Positions 34,201 to 46,100 of a stretch of 64,000 nucleotides of DNA are shown here, piece by piece. The DNA is from Scyliorhinus canicula. Lineage: Eukaryota. Below the pieces are notes generated by a model, which was not told where the DNA came from, searched no databases, and saw only the letters and a list, made by a program, of their open reading frames with translations. The stretch is from the NCBI RefSeq assembly GCF_902713615.1, contig NC_052172.1, positions 372,001 to 436,000 of the forward strand. The letters run 5' to 3'. How positions within the stretch are numbered: the stretch's first letter is position 1; every line of letters begins with the position of its first letter. The translations under genes and the position numbers were made by a program.

Positions 34201-35563
34201 GAAGAGCTTCGAGAGGCTGATCATGAAGCGCATCACCTCCATACTCCCGGAACGCCTTGACCCACTTCAATTCGCATACCGTCGCAACTGGTTCACATCA
34301 GACGCCATTTCCCTGGCCCTCCATTCATCCCTAGAGCATCTCGAAAACAAGGACTCCTACATCAGACTCCTATTTATTGACTACAGCTCCGCCTTCAACA
34401 CCATATTCCCAGCCAAGCTCATATCAAAGCTCCAAAACCTAGGACTTGGCTCTCCACTCTGCAACTGGATCCTTGACTTTCTGACCAACAGACCAGTCAG
34501 TAAGAATGAACACCAACACCTCCTCCACAATAGTCCTCAATACCGGTGCCCCGCAAGGCTGCATACTTAGCCCCCTACTCTTCTCCCTGTACACACACGA
34601 CTGCATGGCAAAACTTGGTTCCAACTCCATCTACAAGTTTGCTGACGATACGACCATAGTGGGCCGGATATCGAATAACGACTAGTCCGAATACAGGAGT
34701 GAGATGGAGAACCTAGCGGAGTGGTGTAACAACAACAATCTCTCCCTTAATGCCAGCAAAACTAAAGAGCTGGTCATCGACTTCAGGAAGCAAAGTACTG
34801 TACACACCCCTGTCAGCATCAACGGAGCCGAGGTAGAGATGGTGAGCAGTTTCAAATTCCTAGGGGTGCACATCACCAAAAATCTATCCTGGTCCACTCA
34901 CGCCGGCGCAATCACCAAGAAAGCACAACGGCGCCTATACTTCCTGAGGAAACTAAGGAAATTCGGCATGTCCACACTAACCCTTACCAACTTTTACAGA
35001 TGCACTATAGAGAGCATCCTATCGGGCTGCATCACAGCCTGGTATGGCAACTGCTCGGCCCAGGACCGCAAGGAACTTCAGAGAGTCGTGAATACCGCCC
35101 AGTCCATCACACGAACCTGCCTCCCATCCATTGATTCCATCTACACCTCCCGCTGCCGGGGGAAAGCAGGCAGCATAATCAAGGATCCCTCCCACCCGGC
35201 TTACTCACTTTTCCAACTTCTTCCATCGGGCATTAGATTCAGAAGTCTGAGAACACGCACAAACTGACTCAAAAACAGCTTCTTCCCCACTGTCACCAGA
35301 CTCCTAAATGACCCTCTTATGCACTGACCTCATTAACACTACACCCATGTATGCTTCATCCGATGCCAATGCTTATGTAGTTACATTGTATATATTGTAT
35401 TGCCCTATTATGTATTCTCATGTATTTTCTTGTATTTTCTTGAATTCTGTTTAATTCCCTTTTCTTCCCATGTACTGAATGATCTGTTGAGCTGCTTGCA
35501 GAAAAATACTTTTCACTGTACCTCGGCACACGTGACAATAAACAAATCCAATCCAATCCAATC
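31293..35563 (+). mobile_element. Near full-length Rex1/Babar-clade LINE, disrupted
   Basis: RKRGKR..LPSILLANVQ, VYIPP, AGDFN, LDPLQFAYR, LFIDYSSAFNTI, KFADD; (ATCCA)n tail; nested SINEs at 32207-32390 and 32840-33181. Confidence 0.85.
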
Positions 35564-36460
35564 CCCCGGTTCACTCCCTCTCCCGGTTCACTCCCTCTCC
35601 CTCCCAGTTCTCTCTCTCTCCGGGTTCACTCCCTCTCCGGGTTCACTCCCTCCCCCGGTTCTCTCCCTCTCCCGGTTCTCTCCCTCTCCGGGTTCTCTCC
35701 CTCTCCGGGTTCTCTCCCTCCCCCGGTTCACTCCCTCCCCCGGTTCACTCACTTCCCAGTGTTACAGGCTACTTTAGTTCCATACAATCCCAAGTTTAAT
35801 ACATTCCGCTCATTTTACAGGTTTTACACACTAGTCTGTAATTAAATTATCTTTGATTATGCATCTTCCACTGATTTTACACATTTCTCTTGTTAACACA
35901 CTCCCCTCATTTATTATTGTCCCTGGTTTACACTCCCCACTAGTTTACACGTTCTCCTGGTTTACACGTTCCTTCTTTGAGTCCATCTTCATTTATAAAT
36001 TAGCTGTTCGGATCAGAATGGTTAGAATCTGTGGGTCACTGTGAAAATCTCCACTCTCAAAAAGGGTGGGACTATTCTTTAACTGGGTGTCCCTGCTTGT
36101 TGAGTTTGGGGTTTAGTGTTACCGGCAGTGCAGGAGGATCACATCAAACAGGAAAATCTCCACTGTTGGAGAGGAGATCAATTGTATTTCCACATTCAAG
36201 TAAAACGTGTCATCAATGAGTTTAGATTTAAAAATATGACTTGCTGCTGCCGGGTATTTAGGGAAACAGAAGATAGGGAGCAGAAAACTCAGCTGATCAG
36301 TAAGTGAGGTGAAAATCTACAATTAAGGCACCGATTTGGAAACAAATGTTCAGCAGAGGGAGCATTCTGCCCTGGGAAATGTAATTTCCAAACCTTGTGT
36401 GTGGATGTGAATATTGTGGAAGAGAGAGTGAAAGGGGCGGGCCAAACAGGAGAAACCAAC

Positions 36461-36890
36461 TGTGTTTGTGTGTCCGCTCTGATCAGCAGATCTCCCAATC
36501 CCTCTGGGACAAAATGGAAATATTGTTCATTTAATCAATCCCCCTGATCCCCTCCTACTTTCCCAAGTTGGATTTCAGTGCAGTTTCGATGCTGCTTTCC
36601 AGATTTCTGCGGAAAGGTTGGGAAAATGAGAGCGATCGGGTGAGAGAGCGCGAACAGTGCATCAGTAAAACGGGTTTAAATCCGAAATGGAGCATTCAAA
36701 TCGCGGGAAACCTTTCCTACAGCAAACATTAGAGTGTGAGAGACAGGAAGGATTTATCCTGGGACACTGTGGAGCTGGAATTTGAGTGGAATTGGAGAGT
36801 TTGGGACCAGAGAAAAACACAGAGGCAGCAGCAGCAGCCTGGAGCTGAGAGCAGGTTGTCTCCGCCCCGTCCGCTCGCTGCCTTTAAGTT
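36461..36890 (+). promoter_or_regulatory. H1 promoter (TG box, E2F/CHR, H1 box, GC box, TTTAA TATA variant)
   Basis: TGTGTTT 36461; TTCAAA-TC-GCGGGAAA 36695-36710; AAACACA 36815-36821; CCGCCCC 36862; TTTAAG 36883. Confidence 0.65.
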
Positions 36891-36966
36891 GCTCAGTGCC
36901 GCCACCAGAGGCTTCATTTCTCACCCACTTCACATTGAGGGAGAGATTTTGTGCAGAATCCCGGAC

Positions 36967-37644
36967 ATGAGCGATAGTGCAGCCGCCGAAACGGCTCCTC
37001 CAGCCGCCGTCCCAGTCAAGGCTGTCAAGAAGCAGAAGAAGGCGGTTCTCCGGAAGAAACCAGAAGGTCCCCGGCTGGGCGAACTGATCCACAAGATTGT
37101 GGCGGATAGCGGCGATCGCAAGGGGGTTTCCTTACAGGCCATAAAGAAGCAGCTGCGGATCAAAGGGGTCGATGTGGATAAACGGGGGTCCCAGATCAAG
37201 CAAAGTGTCAAGAGGAGTGTGGACAACGGCAGCTTGGCTCAGGTCAAGGGCACGGGCGCCTCCGGCTCCTTCAAGATCGTTAAGATGACAACCGGGGGGA
37301 AAGTGATAAAGACCGGAGCAGGCAAGAAACCTTTAGTGAAGAAAGCAGCAGCCAAGAAATCTCCCAAGAAAGCAGCACCCAAGAAACCCGCAGCCAAGAA
37401 AGCAGCAGCCAAGAAATCTCCCAAGAAAACAGCAGCCAAGAAATCTCCCAAGAAAGCAGCAGCCAAGATATCTCCCAAGAAAACAGCAGCCAAGAAGGCG
37501 GCAACTCCCAAAAAGAGGGCGAAGAAAGCAGCCCCGAAGAAAAGTTCTCCTGTGAAAAAGATCACGGGCGGAATTAAGCAGACCAAATCGAGGGCCAATC
37601 CCAAAGCGAAATCAACAAAGGCTAAGAAACCAGCAAAGAAGTGA
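36967..37644 (+). CDS. H1: Linker histone H1 (225 aa, divergent globular domain)
   Basis: MSDSAAAETAPP start; globular signature QVKGTGASGSFK; K/A/P-rich tail with SPKK repeats; stem-loop downstream. Confidence 0.93.
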   Translation: MSDSAAAETAPPAAVPVKAVKKQKKAVLRKKPEGPRLGELIHKIVADSGDRKGVSLQAIKKQLRIKGVDVDKRGSQIKQSVKRSVDNGSLAQVKGTGASGSFKIVKMTTGGKVIKTGAGKKPLVKKAAAKKSPKKAAPKKPAAKKAAAKKSPKKTAAKKSPKKAAAKISPKKTAAKKAATPKKRAKKAAPKKSSPVKKITGGIKQTKSRANPKAKSTKAKKPAKK

Positions 37645-37680
37645 AAGAACGCGAGCAAATTGTAAACCTCTGAACCCAAA

Positions 37681-37721
37681 GGCTCTTCTCAGAGCCACCC
37701 ACATCTCTCCGGAAAGAGCTG
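37681..37721 (+). terminator. H1 3' stem-loop plus U7-binding HDE
   Basis: GGCTCTTCTCAGAGCC-ACCCA (37681-37701) and GGAAAGAGCTG (37711-37721). Confidence 0.95.
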
Positions 37722-38401
37722 ATCCCCCGACCAATGAATCCCTGTCCCGGTGCTGGGAGCAGATTTTAGATAGAAATGTCAATCCAGTATTGCCCCTCAC
37801 TCGCTGACATGCTCTGCACCGGGCTTCTCCCCCCACTCTGCACTAAAACACAGGGAAGTTGCTGCATCTTCCTAACCGGGGAACAGTCACAGTTTGTGTT
37901 AGTTTCATTCTTCACAGATTCAGGGGGGAGTTTGTAAAATAGTTAACATGGCGGAGAAATCCCGCCTCACAAGTCACTACTCAAAACACTTTATATCAGC
38001 TGGAAGGGATGTTAGTGAAATTCCCAATCTGTCTGGGAGAGGAGTTGTGTGGGGATGGAATCGGAGTTGGGGATGAAATGGGAGCAGGTAGTTGGGCTGG
38101 TTCTAGAAAGGAGTGGACTGAGGCGGGAATATTACTGACCTGCCTGGATTTAATAGATCCGCGTTTCTAACTCGCTGCTGTATAATGTTGCAGTTTGTAC
38201 GTGTTCAGCGCGGTCTTTTCACTTCAATTAGTAATTTGGGATTAAAGTTCTCAGATATCCGATACTTGTCTTTGCGAAATTGTATTTGCTGGATTTTATG
38301 AATCTACTTTCGGACATGAATGTTCAGCGTCAGAATTTGATCAGAAACAAGGTTTACATAACTGATCTATAAACATCGCATCCTCCGCCATCTCCCCCAG
38401 A

Positions 38402-38490
38402 TATGGAGATGCCGGCGTTGGACTGGGGTGAGCACAGTAAGAAGTCTTACAGCACCAGGTTAAAGTGGTGTTGTAAGACTTCTTACTGTG
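38402..38490. mobile_element. Internally deleted Penelope-derived hairpin
   Basis: Same 5' end as 9-195; arms CACAGTAAGAAGTCTTACA..CACC / GGTG..TGTAAGACTTCTTACTGTG; hammerhead core absent. Confidence 0.8.
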
Positions 38491-38800
38491 ATCTCCACCA
38501 GAAAAGTCGCTAAACGAATCAGTCAATTTTACCTTTAATATCCATCGCTTTTTGCAATGAAAGAACCGATATCGTTGATTAGAATAAAATGAGACACAAT
38601 TCCACCCCTCAATAGGAGCTTTATCCCAGTCTGTTGTAGAACAATCAGGGAGTGAATCTGAATTTAATCCGGGTGCTCAGGCATTGAGTCGAATCTGAGA
38701 CAAAATGGGAACAGGAATCATTGAGATGTTTTTGATGTTCACAACTGGAGATTGATTTTTTTCGATTTTCGCAAATATCCCTTCCTTGTCCCTGTGAAAT

Positions 38801-38953
38801 TGGCGGGCTTTTTGAAATTGATGGTTTGTCAGTTGCAGGTCCACCAATCAGGGCCCTGATATCCTTGCCGCCCATCGCACTTTTCAAACTTGTCCACGGG
38901 ATCGGGCTGCATCCAATGAGGAGAAGAGGGCGGTCACTATAATGCCTTAAATA
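38801..38953 (+). promoter_or_regulatory. H3 promoter (CDE/CHR, CCAAT x2, TATA-like)
   Basis: GGCGG-N4-TTTGAA at 38802-38816; CCAAT near 38844 and 38913; TATAAT/TTAAATA at 38938-38953. Confidence 0.6.
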
Positions 38954-38954
38954 G

Positions 38955-39422
<468 letters not shown>

Positions 39423-39451
39423 AACCCGGCTTCACCAATAATAACAACAAA

Positions 39452-39491
39452 GGCTCTTTTAAGAGCCACCAAGTCGGTCAGGAAAAGAGCT
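39452..39491 (+). terminator. H3 3' stem-loop plus HDE
   Basis: GGCTCTTTTAAGAGCC 39452-39467; GGAAAAGAGCT 39481-39491. Confidence 0.95.
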
Positions 39492-39684
39492 TCCACCCCA
39501 GTATCTCGATTCAGCATTTTAAAAATCTCTGTTATTTGTTTCCTCATTGCCCTGGATCCGTTATCTGTTGTAGTCCAGCCCGTATTTCATTTCAGCCCAA
39601 TAAACTAGACTGGCTGTGATTACTAATACTAATAACAATATCATGTAATCACAGGGACTGCACCGACGCCTGGAAAGAGCAATT

Positions 39685-39805
39685 TAGATAGATAGATAGA
39701 TTGATAGGTAGAGAGACAGATATATGGATGGAAAGATAGATACGAAAGAGATAGAAACTTGCATAGATATACGGATGGATCGATAGATATGTAGATAGGT
39801 AGAAA
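39685..39805. repeat. Degenerate (GATA)n microsatellite
   Basis: TAGATAGATAGATAGA run and decayed derivatives. Confidence 0.75.
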
Positions 39806-40434
39806 GACCGTAAATACTAACTCACTCACAGATAAGTTGCCATTACAGCCGATGGCTTTAGGCCAATTCTTACAATTTACTCTGCATTACAATGAACTTT
39901 CTCGTCTCCAGGAAAATTCATCGTTTATTAAATATGCTGTTGTCATTTTTGCCGCACAGTATGTAATATCAAAGCCTTTTTATTGGAGCTATAATAATTT
40001 CAGTTTCCTAGGATTTCTTACCCCAATAAACTGCTTCCATAAAAACCTTCCTGCACATCGTGAGCCAGAGTTTGATGTTAATCCGAGGCTCCGAGTATGA
40101 AGCGTGTCACACAGTAACCCACTTGCAGATATAGTCATTGCAGAAACACCGACACATTAAATAGCAGAGCGGAATCTCTTGCGGAGAGATTACAGATCAG
40201 ACATCCTTCTTTGAGCAATATTATTGGAACTTAGATCATTTCAGATCAGACACTTTTATCCCAAATAAACACATATAATTCACATGTGTCATAAATACTG
40301 AACATGTAAATAATGTCACGCACAGAATGCGCTGCGGATTGATGTCATAAAACGTGAAACATTTGCACATTAAGCAAAAGAGCAGAATCTCTGACGGTCA
40401 GATAATAGTTAGGCCTTTTCCAGATAAAGTGAGT

Positions 40435-40450
40435 GGCTCTGAAAAGAGCC
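40435..40450 (-). terminator. Histone 3' stem-loop of H2A copy B
   Basis: Reverse complement GGCTCTTTTCAGAGCC. Confidence 0.95.
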
Positions 40451-40480
40451 TTTGGGTTATTATATTAAAGAACGTTCGCT

Positions 40481-40918
<438 letters not shown>

Positions 40919-41886
40919 TCACTTCTCTTATAGCTTCAGGAGGAATGGCGGTGCACACATTGCTGATTGGTTATCTGAACAACATTGTGGAGCCGGCGAC
41001 AAAGTGACCAATCAGATATCTGTTTGAAGCACCAATCAGGAGAACCCACGGTGCTGAGAGCAGAAAGTTTGGGCGGCAAATGTTCAGATTCCAACCGAAT
41101 ATTTATTTCAAATCTTAAATGGGCGCGAAAAGATTTAACAGATAAAATTAAATAAAAAATGTGACTAAATCATTTGAGTATAAGATTGTTGGATTCTCTC
41201 TCTTTCCGCGTCTCGTTTCCCATTATCTGTTAGTTTCTGATTTTGTCTGACAACAAACCCAAAATAAATTAAACCAAAACAATGGAGAGACTGCAAATGT
41301 GAATTAAAGAGAAAATGCTGGATCAACTCAGCGTGTCTGGTATCATCTGTGGAGAGAAACGTTTAGGATCTGTAGAAGGGGAACTGACTACACAGGTTTA
41401 ATCTGGCTGTTGTTTAAAACGTTCTGAGCCGCCGACAGTGTCTAATTCACAGCCATCTGCAAATATATAACATTTATTCATATTGTAGACTGCTGCCGCT
41501 TCCTTGGTGTTAAAAGTGGAGTGAGCAGTTTGGAGCTAGTGTCACTATTGAAATGGAGTTTACCCACACCACCGGGGTGCTCTCGATCAGAGTGTGAACA
41601 TGAACATTAATGGAAACGGAGTAATTTATAAGGCTGAACACAAATGCTACGGGAAATATTGGTACTGTAGTTCTATTCTCTCCAAATCCAGCGACAACGG
41701 CCGTGTATGAACCTGTCACCGAGCTGGGACTTTATAAACAACGTACAAAGATCGACATGACGATAACTGCATTATACAGGATGCTATTGTAGTGAAACGC
41801 TATTAAAACGGATCTGGATATTCATAATAGAAATAAACCGATAATTTAAAGTATGATGGTTTGGCTGCTTTACAGAAGTTGTGGGT

Positions 41887-41902
41887 GGCTCTTAAAAGAG
41901 CC
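41887..41902 (-). terminator. Histone 3' stem-loop of H2B copy B
   Basis: Reverse complement GGCTCTTTTAAGAGCC. Confidence 0.95.
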
Positions 41903-41939
41903 GTTGTGTTTGGGGTGGTTTTCAGTCCATTGTGCAGTT

Positions 41940-42326
41940 TTACTTGGAGCTGGTGTACTTGGTGACCGCCTTTGTCCCTTCCGACACGGCGTGCTTGGCC
42001 AGTTCCCCGGGCAGCAGCAGGCGCACGGCGGTCTGGATCTCCCGGGAGCTGATGGTGCTGCGCTTGTTGTAATGGGCCAGGCGGGAAGCCTCACCCGCGA
42101 TACGCTCGAAAATATCGCTGACGAACGAGTTCATGATGCTCATGGCCTTGGAGGAGATGCCGGTGTCGGGGTGAACCTGCTTCATCACTTTGTAGATGTA
42201 GATGGAGTAACTCTCCTTCCTCGACTTTCGCCGCTTCTTGCCGCCCTTTACTGCCGGTTTCTTAATGACTTTCTTGGCTCCCTTCTTGGCAGCTGGTTTC
42301 GATGTTGGTTTCTTCTCGTCAGCCAT
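41940..42326 (-). CDS. H2B: Histone H2B (copy B)
   Basis: [15 protein letters not shown]...KYTSSK; two residues differ from copy A. Confidence 0.97.
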   Translation of the reverse strand: MADEKKPTSKPAAKKGAKKVIKKPAVKGGKKRRKSRKESYSIYIYKVMKQVHPDTGISSKAMSIMNSFVSDIFERIAGEASRLAHYNKRSTISSREIQTAVRLLLPGELAKHAVSEGTKAVTKYTSSK

Positions 42327-42734
42327 CTTCAGTTTCACCCAGAAATAAAGCAAACCCCTTCGGAGCGCTGATTAAATAGATAGAGCCTCACATCTATGCT
42401 AATGAGGAATGGGGAAAGGAATGATTGTGATTGGGCATTGTGAAAATGAGGGCAGCCAGTTATGTTGCGTTTATTTGATTGGATAAATAAACAGACCAAT
42501 CAGATTTAAGATTTTCCACCAATCATAAACGTCCTTACAGGAAACGGAAAATACATTTCAGAAATAATATCTCCTGTCCCAGTTTGTCAGAGGGTAAAGA
42601 TTCACCGGGAAATTTCACCTGGCTGTCGGTGAGAGGGACCCTTCACCGCACAGTATCAGAGAGTCTGCGAGACTCTTTTAGAGAGAACCATCACACTGCG
42701 GGATTCCCTCAGGACAGTGAGTCTCTTGTAATAT

Positions 42735-43018
42735 ATGTGAGTGTGGGATGTATTCACTCTGATACAGTGTGAGTGTGGGATATATATTCACTCTGATACA
42801 GTGTGTGTGTAGGATTTACTCAATCTCTGATACAGTGTGTGAGTATGGGATTTACTGACACTCTGATACAGTGTGAGTGTGTGGGATTTACTCACTCTCT
42901 GATAGTGTGTGTGTGTGGGATTTACTCACTCTCTGATACATTGTGTGAGTGTGGGATTTACTCACTCTCTGATGGAGTCTGTGTGGGATTTATTCACTCT
43001 CTGATACAGTGTGTGAGT
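42735..43018. repeat. ~36-38-bp satellite (TGTGAGTGTGGGATTTACTCACTCTCTGATACAG)
   Basis: About 8 units here; about 4 units at 15715-15850. Confidence 0.85.
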
Positions 43019-43171
43019 GTCGGGGTGAACCTGCTTCATCACTTTGTAGATAATGATGCCGTAACTCTCCTTCCTGCTTCGCTTTCTCCTTTTGCCGCCC
43101 TTCACAGGAGTTTTGTTCAGAGCTTTCTTACCGTCCTTCTTGGAAGCGAGCGGCTTCTTTTCATCTCCCAT
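43017..43171 (-). pseudogene. H2B: 3'-truncated divergent H2B pseudogene
   Basis: [16 protein letters not shown]...[20 protein letters not shown], then runs into a satellite; no stem-loop seen; octamer ATGCAAAT at 43249 and CCAAT boxes retained upstream. Confidence 0.88.
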
Positions 43172-46100
43172 CGTCCGCTTCAATTTCGCAAAGCCAATAA
43201 CTGAGCCTAACCCAACAACTCGATTTTCATAGATCCAACCACAGCCCGATGCAAATGAGGGATTGGTGCAGGCAATTTTCCTGATTGGCTTATTGACAGT
43301 GATGTCACCTCTATAATTCTCTGACTGGATACTTTTGATAGCCAATCATATTTACTGCTCGTCTAAGATTTATTATCAGAAATACAGAACTGTGTCAGGG
43401 CAGGAGGGCATTCGACCCATCTTGTCGAAAATGTCTCTCCAAATGGGCAACATCCCCAGTCCTGTCATCTTCCTCATTCTTCCTTTTCAGATAACAATGT
43501 ATTCCAACTTTAAACGCTGCCGTTGAACCACTCCTCACCACACTCTCAAGTGTATCCCACACTTTAAACTCGTCCTGCATGAAAAGGTTACTCTTTTCAT
43601 TTTGCTTTTGTTTCTGTTCCCAATTCTGTGTCCCTACCAGTCTTTTGTATGACACCGTCTGTTGCATTTTGTTTCATTGAGTGTCTGAAACATGGATTAT
43701 GGGGTTGCCCTGATACCGTGTTTCTCCAAAATGTAGATTTTAATCTCTACCTGTTTAACTGTGGGATTGATGTTTGTATTGTTCTGTTCATCTGTCATTT
43801 CCTGATGTGTTGCATATGAATTTTATTGTATATTATCTATATTACACTATAACTGTCAGCAATGATATATATGAATGATATTACAATGTACAAGTGCATG
43901 CATTTAAGACTCTGATTTGGGTTTATGCACATTTCTCGCCATCTGTCATTTCCTGATACATTGAATATGATCAATTGTATAATCACTTAGTTGTCAATAA
44001 CTGATATCTCTGTGTAGCTATGGACAGAATATGTACATTGCTGCCATGGGACAGTTGTTTTCACTCTGTACGTTTCAGTGATTTGGAACATTGGGTTGTA
44101 CCATGCATCAATCAGACATTCCAGTGTGGCTGTCTGCTTTAATACGTTCACCTCAATCTCTTATATCAAAGTTTCTGATATTGTTTTATCTCGACATTTC
44201 AGTTTCTGGTAGATAAGTGTAAACTATTCCATCTCTGTAAGTTTCTGGTTCATTCAGAGCTAGTTTCCATTTCTGAATTGAGAAAATTGAGTGATTTAGT
44301 ATGTTACTGTCACAGGAATATGAAACTGCTTTGCACCTGTCAGTTTCAGAAATTTGACTGTGATATTTTTATTGTTAAAGCAAGTTTCTGATAAGTGAGT
44401 TTGGGCTGTGATCCACACGTCTGTCTCTTTTTTGGACATGTCAGGTCAGCTCAGGGTCGAGTCTGTACATGTTGACCTCCCTTAGGAGAATCTGTACTTT
44501 ATTGTCGAATTCACTTTCTAATCTGTGATTGGAGATATTAATCTAGTATTTCGTTTCTATTAGCCTCATGTCAATTTTATTTTGTGTGCCATTATTTGGT
44601 GACTGTATCTTATTCTATTTCTGTCATATTCTTACCGTTGTAAATGTTGGCTGCATTTTGAATTTGTCAATTTCTTATGTGTGAATTTGGGTTTACCTGT
44701 ATTTCCAATGTAGAAGGAAACACCTTACACTTTATCTGTAATTTTTGGACAGTGAATGGGATCACTGCAAACCCATTACAGTCTCATATGGGTTTGTTTT
44801 GCTCATTTAATATTGAGCTGACAGTTTCCAATTTGTGAATCAGTATTTTCTGCTGTACAGCTGTCTCATTGTCTATTTTCTCTCCACAGGTTAGTTCTGC
44901 CATGGATGAAAAGTTGTTTCCATCTCCTGTACCTGTTAAATACGGGAAGTGAATGTGTATTAAGTCTCTGTCAGTTTCCTTTATGTAACAAAGCGTTTTA
45001 ATCTTCACTTGTCTTTTCCCAATGTCAGTTATGTGCTGCATGTGTCAGTTACTGCAACACTTGATGCCTGTTCTTTACTCTGCTAATTGGATGTGCAATT
45101 TACTCTGAATATTTCAGTCACGGAATGTGGATGTTGTGATAACTCAGTATCTGCATCTGTTTTTGAATGTTTGTTTTATTTACCCTATCAGTTATTGGGA
45201 TGCAACTGTGGGGTTTTTGTGTGTTTGCATGTTTATTGTTGGTGTGTTCTTTGTAGTGCCCTTGTTCTATCGATGTAGCATCGGCAGACAGGCTACGAGG
45301 GTGAAATAAGGCAGTCCACGGCCACCTTACTGTGTTTAATTAGGAAGGTACTTTTTGATAATGCCCACATTCAAACAACATATATACTAAAACCAATAGT
45401 AGTCTGTATATGAAATATGTTTATCCAGTATCGGTTCACCACTGAGCCACGATGTCAGTATCCAAGTCATTCTGCATCTATCATTCGCTGCAAATGAATT
45501 GTTCTGGGATTTGTTTTCGATTCACCATTCTCTGATTCAGAATGTGAGTTTTGCACTAATCCATAATCCCCAACATTCCTGTCTGGATCTGTCATTTTCT
45601 GGAATCTCGATATGGATAAGATTCTTTGTAAGACTGTCTCTGAAAGCAATGCAACCATGTGATTCATACTGCAAATTCATGTTTCCTCATGTGCACTGGA
45701 CTGAAATTTCTCACATAACTGTCAATATCATATGGTTTTTTTTCTTTGTGAATATATAATTGATTTTTTACCTGACAATCTGATAATCTATGAGAGTATA
45801 GGATTCACTGTTAATTGTAAAGCTGGTGCTTTGATGTTAATGTGGTTAATTATGTGTTTAAATTAAAGTTTGTTTTATTATATTGGTCAGTGTCATCACG
45901 CCTGGGGACAAATTTCCTTTCCTCAGTTTTACAAATTGAAAAAAATGTTTGCAGTTTCTCATCCAGTGTCCTGACAAAAGTTGGGGTGTGGTCCGATACA
46001 CTAACAACAGCTCATTGTGAGGATGGCACGGAAACTGAGTGTGAGTTTGACATTTCATCAGCAGTCTTCATTCTTTGTCAAATATCTCTGTGCTGGATTT

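Noticed and set aside
36736-36966. N-terminal extensions on the H1, H2A, H2B and H3 ORF calls
   Set aside because: They start at non-ATG or upstream codons in promoter/5' UTR sequence; homology fixes the start at the downstream Met
39599-39604. AATAAA downstream of the H3 stem-loop
   Set aside because: Single hexamer in AT-rich sequence with no supporting evidence for a polyadenylated isoform
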